A stretch of DNA of 64,000 bases from a bacterium (GCA_030690305.1 JAUYHB010000013.1:5221-69220), one strand, 5' to 3'. Numbered from the stretch's first letter, positions 1 through 10,421 are shown. The notes: generated by a model from the sequence alone, not told the origin. Made by a program: numbers and translations.

Positions 1-222
1 TTCTCCAGCTTTACCATCTTCAGCTTTTAACACTTTTATATGCCTGTAGCGTTCAAGAATGCTCAAATCGCGCAAAGCATGAGCGTAGACATTGCCTCCC
101 TTGCCGCCATTTCCTCCATTCGGACCTCCAAATTCCTTTCCTTTTTCATGAAGCCAACGGACAACGCCGTCGCCTCCGCGGCCCGCCTTAATGTCAATCT
201 GAATTTCGTCTATAAGTGCCAT
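1..222 (-). CDS. obg: GTPase Obg/CgtA, N-terminal part (gene runs off the window start)
   Basis: Reverse-strand translation from ATG at 222: MALIDEIQIDIKAGRGGDGVVRWLHEKGKEFGGPNGGNGGKGGNVYAHA... This is the glycine-rich Obg-fold N domain; too short for the ORF track. Confidence 0.8.
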   Translation of the reverse strand, partial: MALIDEIQIDIKAGRGGDGVVRWLHEKGKEFGGPNGGNGGKGGNVYAHALRDLSILERYRHIKVLKAEDGKAGE

Positions 223-245
223 GTCTTTAAGTATACACGCTCGCC

Positions 246-1130
246 TTAGTTGGCAAGCGCCAAACGAGCGAGTGCGATTGCTCCTTCTTTTGATTTTGCA
301 ACTGCAATAAAACGATTATTATGGCAAAAAACTGCATCGGAAACACCGGAAATGAGGGCAAGTTCCTTATCCCTTTTTCCTGCCCATTTTTTTGGAAAAA
401 GCTTTTTGGAAACAAAACTATGCGCTGTTTCGGGCACAGCCTCGACTCTCCACGTCAGATTCCCCATTTCAGGACGCACTACAAAAAGAGTCTTGCGTTT
501 AGCTAGTGCGTCTTTATAGGGATAATGCTTATTCATCACAAGAAAACGCTTGTCTTTTGTCTTTTTATAGATACCCTCAACAATACGCAATCCGTGCTGT
601 TTATTTTTGACACGGATAACTTCACGCTTAAGAAGTTCTTTCGCAATGCCGACAAGATAGAGGAATGCTTTGTCAGTCGAGTACTTTGTTTCTTTCCATG
701 TTGGGCAAAATGCTTGTATAAAATCATCTACGAGATAGGGCCTGATTTCCCCATTCGCTTTGAAAAAAAACGCTCCATTGTCTATTGCATCCACCGATTC
801 AACTATTCTTTTTTCAATGATTTCGGCGGTTTTTACCGAAGCACAGATGCGTGCTCCGAATTTTTTCCACACAAGTCCGAAAGAGGCATAGGGAATTTTA
901 TTTTTTCTTATGCCACCCCCCCCTCTTTGGTGGTGGTCAAAGCGATTCTTTTTTTGATTGTACACAGTTCCGACATCAACAACGTAATCCGCAGAAGCAA
1001 AAAGATGCGGATCGCGTGTACGAATAATCCGTACTTTCTTTTTTATATGCAAACATAGTGTTGCAACCGCAAATACGTCATCGGCATGGAAATTACCGCT
1101 ATGCGTTACGATAGTAATAGACTTAGTCAT
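246..1130 (-). CDS. MYG1/UPF0160 family metal-dependent hydrolase
   Basis: 294 aa ORF; N-terminal 'HSGNFHADDVFA' His/Asp signature typical of the UPF0160 (MYG1) family. Confidence 0.8.
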   Translation of the reverse strand: MTKSITIVTHSGNFHADDVFAVATLCLHIKKKVRIIRTRDPHLFASADYVVDVGTVYNQKKNRFDHHQRGGGGIRKNKIPYASFGLVWKKFGARICASVKTAEIIEKRIVESVDAIDNGAFFFKANGEIRPYLVDDFIQAFCPTWKETKYSTDKAFLYLVGIAKELLKREVIRVKNKQHGLRIVEGIYKKTKDKRFLVMNKHYPYKDALAKRKTLFVVRPEMGNLTWRVEAVPETAHSFVSKKLFPKKWAGKRDKELALISGVSDAVFCHNNRFIAVAKSKEGAIALARLALAN

Positions 1131-1509
1131 CGTCTCTTTTTATTATTTTTTGGATAAGGAAACTTACCGCCGATATAAGCAAGGTCGCAAGTACCGCATC
1201 AAAAAAAGAACCGACGGAAAAACCCGAAACAAAAGTTGAAATAAGCCAGAAAAGAAAACCGTTAATCACGAATGTAAAGAGACCGAGTGTGAGTATATTC
1301 AGAGGAAGCGTCAAAATAACAATGATTGGTTTTATGAGCACATTAAAAAGACCCCAGATAAAAGAAACCATGAGGGCGGTGCGAAAACCGTCGATAACAA
1401 TGCTTGGAAGCAGTTGCGCCGATAAAAGAAGTGTGAGGGCCGTAAAAAGCCAGGTAAGAATAATATTTATCATGCTGTATGATTGTAGACTCTTCCCGTC
1501 ATAATGCAA
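1123..1509 (-). CDS. 4-TM membrane protein, Phage_holin_4_2 (DUF360) superfamily
   Basis: 128 aa with four hydrophobic segments; 'LLPSIVIDGFRTAL...NVLIKPIIVILTLPLNILTLGLF' matches the conserved core of this family; the true start may be an internal Met. Confidence 0.6.
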   Translation of the reverse strand: MHYDGKSLQSYSMINIILTWLFTALTLLLSAQLLPSIVIDGFRTALMVSFIWGLFNVLIKPIIVILTLPLNILTLGLFTFVINGFLFWLISTFVSGFSVGSFFDAVLATLLISAVSFLIQKIIKRDDD

Positions 1510-1516
1510 GGAGAGA

Positions 1517-4237
1517 TTACGCGGGTTTTACATGAAGATTTTTTTGAGAAACCGGTCGCCCAAAATTGCGATAGAAAAATTTTCTTATCTCTTCAACAAT
1601 CAGCACTGTTGAGGCAACAAAGACAATGAGCATCCAGTCATGCAAAGATAGCGCGGTTGTGTGTAATATTCCTTGTGCAATAGGATTATAAATAACAAAT
1701 GTTTGCAATGCGATTACTATAACCGTTGAAAAAACAAGATAGAGATTTGAAAAAGGATTCAGAGAAAAAATGGAAGCCTCTTCGGATCGGCAGTTCCATA
1801 CATTCAACCATTGGAAAACCGCAAGCGTCGTCAAAGCAATCGTCCAGCCCTTGACTATATCCACTTCATAAAAACGGCTAAAAAGGTACAGGGAACCTGC
1901 GGTCATGGTTAGCCCTAAAAGGATTACCCTCTGTATCATGAGCGGGTCGACGAGGTGCCGGCGGCGTTTTCCAAGACGCTCCAATGTCAATTTTTCTTTC
2001 GGTTCCATCGCCATAGCAACAACAAGGAAACCATCCGTAACAAGGTTGAGCCATAGGATTTGGGTAGGAAGAAGAGGAAGAGGAAGTGCCAAGAAAAGCG
2101 CAAATACTATTGTAAACAGTTCCCCCACTCCTGTTGAAAAAAGATAGAGCAGGACTTTTTTTATAGTGTGATAAATGTTTCTTCCTTCTTCCATGGCAAG
2201 GACGATACTTTTAAAATTATCGTCAAGCAGGACGATGTCTGCCGCTTCTTTGGTGACTTCCGTCCCCATTTTACCCATGGCGACACCCAAATCCGCCGCC
2301 ATCAGGGAAAGAGCATCGTTAACGCCGTCGCCAGTCATCGCGACAATCTCTTTGTTTTTCCGATAACTTTCTATGATGGCAAGTTTGTGTTGCGGAGTAA
2401 CGCGCGCAAAAACAGTGGTTTTTTTGAGTTTCGCGAGCAAATCTTTTTCACTCATTTCCGTAAGTTCTTTTCCCGTTACAATTTCATCGCCCTCCCTCCA
2501 AATACCGGCGTCTCTGGCAATTGCCTTCGCTGTCATTCGATGGTCACCGGTAATCATTACCACCTTCACCCCTCCGGCGCGTGCTTGTTCTATGGATTCC
2601 CGGACACCCTGCCTCAGTGCGTCTCTCATTCCGTATAGACATACGAGTGTCAGTTTTGATATTGAGCCGATTGTAATCTCTTTCGGAGCCCGTTCGTTAA
2701 CTGCAGCGGCAATGACACGCAAGCCGTCCGAAGACATTTTTTCGATAGCGGATTCAAACGTCTCCCTTTCTTTCTGGGTAAATTTTTTTGTTGCGCCATT
2801 TATCCAGACGTTATCACACAATTCAAAGATTTTTTCCGGTGCACCAATCACGGTGAGGATGGCGGATTCGCGCATGTCATGCAATGAGGCGTGAAAATTT
2901 GTTTCGGCACTCATGGGGATATCGACGATAAGCGGAGTTTCTTTTTCAAGTTCGTTTTTGTGAAAACCGATTTTCTTGCCAAAGACGGCAATGGCGGCTT
3001 CGGTCGGGTCTCCCGAAATTTTCCACTGCTTTGCTTCCTCGGAAAGATACACGCGCGCCATTGAACCAAGGGAGGCGATTTTTCCGACAAGCAACAACTC
3101 TTGATGGTTAAGTGGGTCGATTACTTCTTTTTCAAGTAATATGTCTCCCTCCGGCTCATAACCGTTCCCCGTCACATCAAACCGTTTATCCGAGACAAAT
3201 ACGCGTTCAACCGTCATTTCATTTTTCGTCACTGTGCCGGTTTTATCCACCGCGATAACAGTGGCATATCCAAGCGCATCAACCGCCTGCAATTTTTTCA
3301 CAAGGGCATTCTGTTTTCCCATACGGTATACTCCTGTCGCCAAGATAAGCGTAATAACAATTGGCAACCCTTCCGGAATAACAGAGACAGCTATAGCAAC
3401 CGATGTAAAAAACATTTCTTCGAGAGGAATGCCACCAAGTATACCGAGTACGAAGATAAAAACACTTGCAGAGAGTATTGTCAGACTAAGTATTTGCGAA
3501 AGATTTTTTATATCCTCCTTGAGAGGCACATCCGCGTCTATGGAAGACATTTCTTTAGCTATACTTCCGATAACCGTATTGAGACCAGTGCCCACAACAA
3601 TGGCCTGGGCAGTTCCTGAAGCGATAAACGTACCCTTAAAAAGCATATTTTTTTGGTCGGCTGTAGGTAATTTTTCATTTCTGAGAATAAGCGTATTTTT
3701 TTCAACCGGTTCAGATTCTCCGGTGAGCGCCGCTTCGTTGAGTTTGAGATTGTATGTTTCGAGTAGTCGAGCGTCGGCGGAAATTTTATCACCTTCTCCG
3801 AGTAAAATAATGTCCCCGGGAACAATGTGGGCATCCTCAACAACCAATTCCTTTCCTCCCCGAAGAACCCGCGCATTTGTTTTTGTAAATTGTTTAAGCG
3901 CACGCAGTGTATTTTGTGCTCTTCCTTCCTGAACCGCTCCAATAATGGCATTCACGAAAAGCACAATAAGGATAATGACGGTGTCCACAAACTCTCCGAG
4001 AAAAAAGACAATAAGACTTGCAATTAGGAGAATATAAATGAGAGGGCTTTGAAACTGCCTCAAAAAAATTGCCGCAACACTTTCTCCCTTGGATTCGGGA
4101 AGTTTATTTTCTCCTATGGTTTTTAGGCGCGTCAGCGCTTCGTCGGAAGATAAACCTTCTTCAGAGGATTCAAACGCCTTAAGAACGTCACGTGCGTCTT
4201 TGGTGTGCCATATTATTTTTGAAAGGTCTATTTCCAT
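1517..4237 (-). CDS. Cation-transporting P-type ATPase (type II, Ca2+/Mg2+-like)
   Basis: 906 aa; phosphorylation motif 'DKTGTVT', 'MITGDHRMTA', hinge 'TGDGVNDALSL'; ten predicted TM segments. Confidence 0.9.
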   Translation of the reverse strand: MEIDLSKIIWHTKDARDVLKAFESSEEGLSSDEALTRLKTIGENKLPESKGESVAAIFLRQFQSPLIYILLIASLIVFFLGEFVDTVIILIVLFVNAIIGAVQEGRAQNTLRALKQFTKTNARVLRGGKELVVEDAHIVPGDIILLGEGDKISADARLLETYNLKLNEAALTGESEPVEKNTLILRNEKLPTADQKNMLFKGTFIASGTAQAIVVGTGLNTVIGSIAKEMSSIDADVPLKEDIKNLSQILSLTILSASVFIFVLGILGGIPLEEMFFTSVAIAVSVIPEGLPIVITLILATGVYRMGKQNALVKKLQAVDALGYATVIAVDKTGTVTKNEMTVERVFVSDKRFDVTGNGYEPEGDILLEKEVIDPLNHQELLLVGKIASLGSMARVYLSEEAKQWKISGDPTEAAIAVFGKKIGFHKNELEKETPLIVDIPMSAETNFHASLHDMRESAILTVIGAPEKIFELCDNVWINGATKKFTQKERETFESAIEKMSSDGLRVIAAAVNERAPKEITIGSISKLTLVCLYGMRDALRQGVRESIEQARAGGVKVVMITGDHRMTAKAIARDAGIWREGDEIVTGKELTEMSEKDLLAKLKKTTVFARVTPQHKLAIIESYRKNKEIVAMTGDGVNDALSLMAADLGVAMGKMGTEVTKEAADIVLLDDNFKSIVLAMEEGRNIYHTIKKVLLYLFSTGVGELFTIVFALFLALPLPLLPTQILWLNLVTDGFLVVAMAMEPKEKLTLERLGKRRRHLVDPLMIQRVILLGLTMTAGSLYLFSRFYEVDIVKGWTIALTTLAVFQWLNVWNCRSEEASIFSLNPFSNLYLVFSTVIVIALQTFVIYNPIAQGILHTTALSLHDWMLIVFVASTVLIVEEIRKFFYRNFGRPVSQKNLHVKPA

Positions 4238-4242
4238 CTTGC

Positions 4243-5298
4243 TTACACCGATTTTTTAAGCATGGAAGAATGTATTTCAAGAAGTGCAAAAAAGAGACTG
4301 AGCACCACCGGTCCGGCAATAAAACCTACCGGACCCATCACCTCAAGCCCTCCGACAATTGAAATAAGGATGAGAAACGGGTGAATTTTCATTCCCCGTT
4401 CAATAAAAATTGGCCCGAGAATATTGTCCACAAGCCCGACTATAAACACCGCCCACAGGAACAAGCCAACGGACGCAAGTAGGTTCCCGGAAAAGAAAAG
4501 GAAAAGTATCGCTGGAATAAATACCAGGCTAATACCGAAAAGAGGCAGAAAAGAAACAATCATCGTGATAAAAGCCCACAATACGGCGCTGGGAAGGGAA
4601 AAAAGGGCAAAGCCGATACCCGTGAGAATTCCTTGCACCACCGCGATGAGAAGGTAACCGTTAATAACCGAGCGTACGGCAAGTCTTAGTTTGCCTATAA
4701 TCGCCTTGTCATGCGTGTCCGGGAGCGGACTGACGGAAATAAGATAATCGGTAAAACGCCGGCCATCTTTGAAAAAATAAAAAATGGCAATAATAAGAAA
4801 AAGAAACCCCACAATACCGCGCAACACACCGGAGAAAAACGATCCGAAATTATCAAGCACCCATAATAATCCTTGTTCGGCGTAACGCCGTATGTCTACA
4901 TGTTCCGTGATGTCAAAAGCCACTCGCGGATTAACTTTCTCGATAAGTGATTCGAATTGTCGCAGTACGTTATTAAAAATTTCCGGGATGCCATTTTGCC
5001 CGAGACGGACATATAAGTCGGTTGCTTCCTGGAAAAGAAGGGTCCCAAAAAAAATACACGGGGCAAGGATAAGAACCAATACAAGCATTACTGAAACGAA
5101 AGCTGCCACCCCTTCATGGTTTCCGCATAGTAAATTAATACGCCGATGAATCGGCTCAAATATAATTGAGAAGACAAGACCGAGGAAAAGTATCGCTATA
5201 TAGGGTTTAAAAATAAAAAACGTCAGGATTATTACTCCCCCTATAAGAAAAAAGAAAAAATATGACTGAAGACGGTGGACGTTATTTTCAGCCGACAT
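4243..5298 (-). CDS. AI-2E family transporter (PerM/UPF0118)
   Basis: Polytopic membrane protein with AI-2E-like topology and conserved C-terminal region; the ORF track's GTG start at 5319 is the alternative. Confidence 0.75.
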   Translation of the reverse strand: MSAENNVHRLQSYFFFFLIGGVIILTFFIFKPYIAILFLGLVFSIIFEPIHRRINLLCGNHEGVAAFVSVMLVLVLILAPCIFFGTLLFQEATDLYVRLGQNGIPEIFNNVLRQFESLIEKVNPRVAFDITEHVDIRRYAEQGLLWVLDNFGSFFSGVLRGIVGFLFLIIAIFYFFKDGRRFTDYLISVSPLPDTHDKAIIGKLRLAVRSVINGYLLIAVVQGILTGIGFALFSLPSAVLWAFITMIVSFLPLFGISLVFIPAILFLFFSGNLLASVGLFLWAVFIVGLVDNILGPIFIERGMKIHPFLILISIVGGLEVMGPVGFIAGPVVLSLFFALLEIHSSMLKKSV

Positions 5299-5323
5299 AT
5301 TCACTTTATAATAACACACGCCT

Positions 5324-5869
5324 CTAAACTCTGTTCGTTGTACTTCGCTTACGGATGTACATCAACAAAATAAGGTACGCAAATGTAGTGAAAGACATTA
5401 CGGGAATAGTGATATAACCAAATTCTTTGAAAAATATTTTTGAACATTCCGCGCCTTCTGCGGTACACGGCAGAATGGAAAGGCCGCCCCATTGAATATA
5501 AGATTGGTAGAAAGCGAGGACAATTCCCACAAGAGAAAGAGCGAGACTATAGTAAATGGCGGTATTGTCTTTTTTCCATAAAGCAACAGCGAAAATAAAG
5601 AACTGGGGGAAAAGAAAAATCCGCTGGTACCAGCATAGCTCACAGGGAGCGAATCCTATGACAGATGAGAAAAACATCGAGCCTAAGATGCCTGCTCCCA
5701 CCGTAAAAAGCCCGTATTGGAAGGCATAGTGGCCTATATGGGAAAATATTTTTTGATGCCATTTCCCCGATCCTAAAAAAAGAAACAACAACAAAAACGG
5801 GAAAAACACATCACCGACAAGCGTAAGTGAAGAAAAAATTTGAACACTTAAAAGAGAAGACTCGAACAT
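5324..5869 (-). CDS. Disulfide bond formation protein B (DsbB/BdbC-like)
   Basis: 4-TM protein with 'CELCWYQR' Cys pair in loop 1 and a second Cys pair 'CTAEGAEC'; start taken at MFESS (ORF-track N-extension rejected). Confidence 0.7.
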   Translation of the reverse strand: MFESSLLSVQIFSSLTLVGDVFFPFLLLFLFLGSGKWHQKIFSHIGHYAFQYGLFTVGAGILGSMFFSSVIGFAPCELCWYQRIFLFPQFFIFAVALWKKDNTAIYYSLALSLVGIVLAFYQSYIQWGGLSILPCTAEGAECSKIFFKEFGYITIPVMSFTTFAYLILLMYIRKRSTTNRV

Positions 5870-5876
5870 GTGTGTA

Positions 5877-6257
5877 TTACTGGGTTGGTATTGGCAACTC
5901 GCAACCCGTTTTCTCCGACAGATAATCAAGAGGAATTGTTCCCGTTACACGTTCCCCATCCGCAAAGTCCCAAGTCGGGTAGGCAGTAATACCTTTATCT
6001 TTACATGCTTGCAGCTGACTGTTTCCATCCGGTGTCGAGCACTCGATATAGGGAAGTTTCTTCATTGAACGACCAAACATCGCTTTTTGATTAGCACAGT
6101 TTGGGCACCAAAATGCACCGTAAAATATGGCTTCTTTATCTTTAAGGCAAGCAGTAAAAGCGTCGAGTTCTCCGGGCTTGTCCGGTGTGGTTATTAGGAA
6201 AAAAAGTCCCGCGCCAATAACGGCAACTGCAAGGAAAGGTATAGCGTATTTTTTCAT
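5877..6257 (-). CDS. Membrane-anchored thioredoxin-fold thiol:disulfide oxidoreductase
   Basis: Signal/anchor 'MKKYAIPFLAVAVIGAGLFF' then 'WCPNC' CxxC motif; start taken at MKKY; adjacent to DsbB. Confidence 0.65.
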   Translation of the reverse strand: MKKYAIPFLAVAVIGAGLFFLITTPDKPGELDAFTACLKDKEAIFYGAFWCPNCANQKAMFGRSMKKLPYIECSTPDGNSQLQACKDKGITAYPTWDFADGERVTGTIPLDYLSEKTGCELPIPTQ

Positions 6258-6307
6258 ATTGTTTTGATTATAACTTCTTTGTTGTTTAGCACAAGTTACC
6301 GGATATT

Positions 6308-6943
6308 TTATTTCCTTTTTGTAAATCGATATAGAATGAAAAGAGAAATGGCGCCTACAATAAACCACAGAATAATTTTTTCAAGTCGGTCAATGTGCGC
6401 CGCGTATGTAAAATATAACTCTCCTACTTGAGCACCAATGAGAGCAAGGATAAAGGCTCTGATAAAAGATCCGATAAACGTTACCAAGAGGTATTTCCAT
6501 ACATTCATTCTCATAATTCCGCACAGCGCTGAAATGGCAACCGAAGGAACGAGAGGAATTGCGCGAAGGAACAAAACGGTTAGTTCGTCTTTATATGTGG
6601 AAGTAAATTTGTTTCGTGCAGTATCAATGTCCTGCCAACTGACACCCAGCCATTTCCCCCACCTGTCTATCACCGGTTTCCCGCTTGCATACGCAAGACC
6701 ATATACAAACAAAGAACCGATGGAAACCCCAAGAGCAGATGGCAACACCACGATAAAAAAAACGTCGGAGAAAAAGGCCGGAGACCACCCTACGTGGGCA
6801 GGCAACAAAAATCCGGCGGTAAGCACAACAGCCGCGGAAGGAATGGGAGCAATAACTTCTTCTATAATCGTTGCAAAAAACACACCCCAGGCCCCGAGAG
6901 GCAAAAGGACAGTTTGTATGAAATTAACGAAACTTGAAATCAT
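6308..6943 (-). CDS. DedA/SNARE-associated (TVP38/TMEM64) family membrane protein
   Basis: 211 aa multi-TM protein with DedA-type conserved core. Confidence 0.8.
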   Translation of the reverse strand: MISSFVNFIQTVLLPLGAWGVFFATIIEEVIAPIPSAAVVLTAGFLLPAHVGWSPAFFSDVFFIVVLPSALGVSIGSLFVYGLAYASGKPVIDRWGKWLGVSWQDIDTARNKFTSTYKDELTVLFLRAIPLVPSVAISALCGIMRMNVWKYLLVTFIGSFIRAFILALIGAQVGELYFTYAAHIDRLEKIILWFIVGAISLFILYRFTKRK

Positions 6944-6969
6944 GAGGAGTGGTTATTTAATTTTATTTT

Positions 6970-7884
6970 TCAGGTCTTCTTCTTTTTTATGGCAAAGCTA
7001 ATTCCTTTTTTGCCTTGGGAAACCGCAAATGGGATTCCTTCCCAATCCCTAACTTTGCGAATTCGTTTGTTTATCTTCCAAACCGTAGAAAGTAATTCCA
7101 AATTGACGCCGCGTTCTTTTCCCGCGCCAAGAAACGCAATCATGTCTTTAGGGAAACATTTTCCACCAAAACCACGTTCGGGTGTAACAGTGAGATGAGA
7201 ATCATAGATACGGTGGTCGGCGACCACCATCGTTTTTACCTCCTCATATGGAATACCCAGTTTTTGGCACATATCAAACATTTCATTCCCAAAAATGACT
7301 TTTGTAGCAAGATACATATTAGCCATGTACTTTACCATTTCAGCGGTCGTAGGGTCGGTCGTGAAAATTTTTGTTTTAGGAAACCTGTTCTTGAACAGCA
7401 AAGTCACCCGCTGTAACACTCGATTGTCATAAGCGCCGATAATGATGCGATCCGGGTGTATCGCGTCTTTCAGGTATTGCGCTTCAGCTAAAAATTCGGG
7501 ACTAAAAGCAAATTTTGTTTTGGGATATTTTTTTTCAAGGAATACCGTTGTGCCCGGTGCCACGGTTGATTTTATGACGATAATTTTATCGGTTCCGTTT
7601 GTATACAGTGTTATTTTTGAAATTACATCTTCAATGATAGAAAGGTCGATGCCGGATTCATCCAGTTTCATCGGTGTCGGAAGACAAATAAAAATAAAAT
7701 CGCTTTTTTTAACGACAGTATCAAGAGGCGACGATTCCTTATATTCGTCATAAAACGATACAAGGTAATCCTTTTTTATTTTAGGACGAGAGAAACTGTA
7801 CGCAAGCGCTTGTCCGACGATTCCGTAACCGATAACGGCAATAGGTACCGGTTTGTTATGCTTTTTCCCCCGATTATTTACCAT
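6970..7884 (-). CDS. NDP-sugar 6-dehydrogenase (UDP-glucose/GDP-mannose dehydrogenase family)
   Basis: N-terminal Rossmann 'IAVIGYGIVGQA'; catalytic Cys motif 'GFGGKCFPKD'; start taken at MVNNRG, which overlaps the secA stop by 10 nt. Confidence 0.8.
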   Translation of the reverse strand: MVNNRGKKHNKPVPIAVIGYGIVGQALAYSFSRPKIKKDYLVSFYDEYKESSPLDTVVKKSDFIFICLPTPMKLDESGIDLSIIEDVISKITLYTNGTDKIIVIKSTVAPGTTVFLEKKYPKTKFAFSPEFLAEAQYLKDAIHPDRIIIGAYDNRVLQRVTLLFKNRFPKTKIFTTDPTTAEMVKYMANMYLATKVIFGNEMFDMCQKLGIPYEEVKTMVVADHRIYDSHLTVTPERGFGGKCFPKDMIAFLGAGKERGVNLELLSTVWKINKRIRKVRDWEGIPFAVSQGKKGISFAIKKKKT

Positions 7885-10339
7885 GGCATTTTTTGAATTT
7901 TTTGCCGCTTCCGCACGGGCACAGGTCATTGCGTCCCACATCTTTAAATTTGGAAGCGGTTTGATTTGCCAAAGTGGGCCCTAAAATAAGATTGGCTTGT
8001 TTTTCAATGTCCTGCATTTCTTGAGGAATATTTTTTATTTCTTCTCCCTTTAGATTCGGGAGAAGATGGAGCACCTGTTCTTTGATGGAAGACTCCATGT
8101 GCTTGAAAAGTTGCAGCCCTTCTCTTTTGTATTCGACAAGAGGATCACGTTGTCCGTACGCGCGTAAGTTTACGCTGTTGCGCAAATAGTCCATCATTTC
8201 AAGATGGTCAACCCAAAACGTATCAACCGCCTGAAGGATGAGAATTCGGAGGGTGCGGGCAAGGGCTTCGTTGCCAAGTTCCGTTTTCTTGACTTCAAGT
8301 GTTTTCTTTTCTTCTTCAGTCGCGATATCCGCCAGACTTTCAAGATAGGCCGTAAGTGCTTCGTTGCCGCCGGTTAAAATTTCCCGGCGACGTTTGTAGA
8401 TAATGTTGCGTTGGTAGTTTAAAACATCGTCAAATTCCAAAACGTGTTTTCGCGCATCAAAGTGAAAACCCTCTATTTTCTTTTGGGCGGACTCCAAAGA
8501 GCGTGTAATCAAGCCGTTTTGAATCGGCTCGTCTTCTGGAATACCGAACTTACCCATCATATTTTTAATGGTGTCCGTGGCAAAAATTCGCATAAGGCTG
8601 TCTTCAAGCGACACGAAAAATTGCGTTTCCCCTGGATCTCCTTGGCGGCCGGAGCGGCCGCGCAACTGATTGTCGATGCGGCGCGCTTCGTGTCGTTCGG
8701 TCCCGATAACGTACAGTCCCTCGGACCCTTTCACCTTCTCATATTCTTCTTTCGAAAAAGGATTCCCCCCGAGTTTGATGTCAACCCCGCGGCCGGCCAT
8801 GTTTGTTGCAATGGTCACTGCTGCTTTTTTACCCGCCTGCGCAATGATTTCACCTTCCCGTTCATTGTTTTTTGCGTTCAAAACTTCGTATTGGATTCCT
8901 TCGCGTTTCAGATACTCGGAAAGTAATTCGTTTTTTTCTATGGATACCGTACCAATCAGGACCGGCTGGCCTTTTTGCGTCAATTCTTTGACCTTGCGTA
9001 CTACAGCTTTGAACTTTCCCTGTTCCGTTTGGAAAATCAGGTCATCGTGGTCTTTTCGCGCGACTGGCCTGTTCGTAGGAATTGGAAGAACAGGCAGACC
9101 GTATACTTTATAAAATTCTTCCGCAGACGTGAGCGCGGTACCCGTCATTCCAGAAAGTTTTTTATACATTCGGAAGTAATTTTGGAACGTGATGGAGGCA
9201 AATGTGCGCGATTCTTTTTGAATGGCAACTCCTTCTTTCGCTTCAATCGCCTGATGAAGGCCCTCGGACCACCTTCTTCCCGGCTGAAGTCTCCCCGTAA
9301 ATTCGTCCACTATGATGACCTCCCCGTCGCGGACGACATATTCTTTGTCATTGGTAAAAAGGGCTTTTGCTTTAACCGAAAGTTCAAGATGGTGCACGTA
9401 TTTCATTCCCCGTTCCGTATAAATATTCTCAACACCAAGAATTCTTTCCGCATTTGAAATTCCCTCGTCGGTAAGAGTAATGGCTTTCAATTTCTCGTCA
9501 ACCGTATAATCCGGTCCTTCTTTGAGCGATTGTGCAAGCCGGGAAAATGTTTGGTATAGGTTTTCTGACTGAGATGTGGGCGCTGAAATAATGAGAGGCG
9601 TACGGGCTTCATCAATAAGAATCGAGTCGATTTCATCGACAATGGCATAGTGGTACTCGCGCTGTCTTAGGCGTGCCGTATCGACTTCCAGATTATCGCG
9701 CAAATAGTCGAAGCCGAATTCATTGTTCGTGCCGTAAGTGACATCCGCCGCGTACGCTTCTTTTCTGCTGCATTCGCGGAGAAAATCGTAAACAACTTTA
9801 AATGAACCCACTTCATCGCGGGTCTCGTCTTTTTCCTTATGTGCTGGGTCGTACAGGTATGATTTTTCATGATTGATGACTCCCACCGAAAGACCGAGGG
9901 CGGCATATATTTGACCCATCCACACTGCGTCGCGTCTCGACAAATAATCGTTGACCGTTACCACATGCGCACCTTTTCCCTCAAGGGCATTGAGATAGGT
10001 CGGAAGTGTCGCGACAAGTGTTTTTCCTTCTCCCGTTTTCATTTCGGCAATACTTCCTTTATGAAGGACGATGCCCCCGAGGAGCTGAACGTCGTAATGG
10101 CGTTCGCCGAGCGTTCGTTTCGCCGCTTCCCGCGTTACTGCAAACGCCTCGGGAAGGAGGGAGTCAAGTGTTTCCCCTTCCGTGATACGGCTCTTAAATT
10201 CATCAGTTTTTGCTTTAAGTTGGTCGTTTGTAAGGGGAGAGATTGAACTTTCAAGCTCGTTAATTTTTGAAACAAAAGGGCGCAAAGCATCAAGCTCGCG
10301 CGCTTCTCTCGAACCGAACAACCCCTGTAAGGAAAACAT
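7874..10339 (-). CDS. secA: Preprotein translocase ATPase SecA
   Basis: DEAD-like motor motifs; C-terminal zinc-binding 'CPCGSGKKFKKCHG'; start taken at MFSLQGLFGS (typical SecA N-terminus), not the ORF-track extension. Confidence 0.95.
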   Translation of the reverse strand: MFSLQGLFGSREARELDALRPFVSKINELESSISPLTNDQLKAKTDEFKSRITEGETLDSLLPEAFAVTREAAKRTLGERHYDVQLLGGIVLHKGSIAEMKTGEGKTLVATLPTYLNALEGKGAHVVTVNDYLSRRDAVWMGQIYAALGLSVGVINHEKSYLYDPAHKEKDETRDEVGSFKVVYDFLRECSRKEAYAADVTYGTNNEFGFDYLRDNLEVDTARLRQREYHYAIVDEIDSILIDEARTPLIISAPTSQSENLYQTFSRLAQSLKEGPDYTVDEKLKAITLTDEGISNAERILGVENIYTERGMKYVHHLELSVKAKALFTNDKEYVVRDGEVIIVDEFTGRLQPGRRWSEGLHQAIEAKEGVAIQKESRTFASITFQNYFRMYKKLSGMTGTALTSAEEFYKVYGLPVLPIPTNRPVARKDHDDLIFQTEQGKFKAVVRKVKELTQKGQPVLIGTVSIEKNELLSEYLKREGIQYEVLNAKNNEREGEIIAQAGKKAAVTIATNMAGRGVDIKLGGNPFSKEEYEKVKGSEGLYVIGTERHEARRIDNQLRGRSGRQGDPGETQFFVSLEDSLMRIFATDTIKNMMGKFGIPEDEPIQNGLITRSLESAQKKIEGFHFDARKHVLEFDDVLNYQRNIIYKRRREILTGGNEALTAYLESLADIATEEEKKTLEVKKTELGNEALARTLRILILQAVDTFWVDHLEMMDYLRNSVNLRAYGQRDPLVEYKREGLQLFKHMESSIKEQVLHLLPNLKGEEIKNIPQEMQDIEKQANLILGPTLANQTASKFKDVGRNDLCPCGSGKKFKKCHGK

Positions 10340-10392
10340 GATAAAAGAAACTTTAACACAAAATAGGCTTCGTACCAAACAACCAAACGCAA

Positions 10393-10421
10393 AACCCATC
10401 TGTCTTAGGCAGATGGGTTTT
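10393..10421 (-). promoter_or_regulatory. Perfect hairpin (11-bp stem, 7-nt loop) in the secA 5' leader; candidate attenuator/terminator
   Basis: aaacccatctg-tcttagg-cagatgggttt; on the minus strand it is followed by TTTTGCGTTTGGTTGTTTGG and lies 54 nt upstream of the secA ATG. Confidence 0.4.

Noticed and set aside
1905..3932. Several 60-230-aa ORFs on the plus strand inside the P-type ATPase gene (for example 2373-2894, 3234-3932)
   Set aside because: They lie entirely antisense within a 906-aa gene with unmistakable P-type ATPase motifs. They have low-complexity S/A/R-rich translations typical of antisense frames. No RBS/promoter context.
8444..10246. Plus-strand ORFs of 125-160 aa inside secA
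   Set aside because: Antisense to a well-supported secA ORF; translations lack any recognisable domain.
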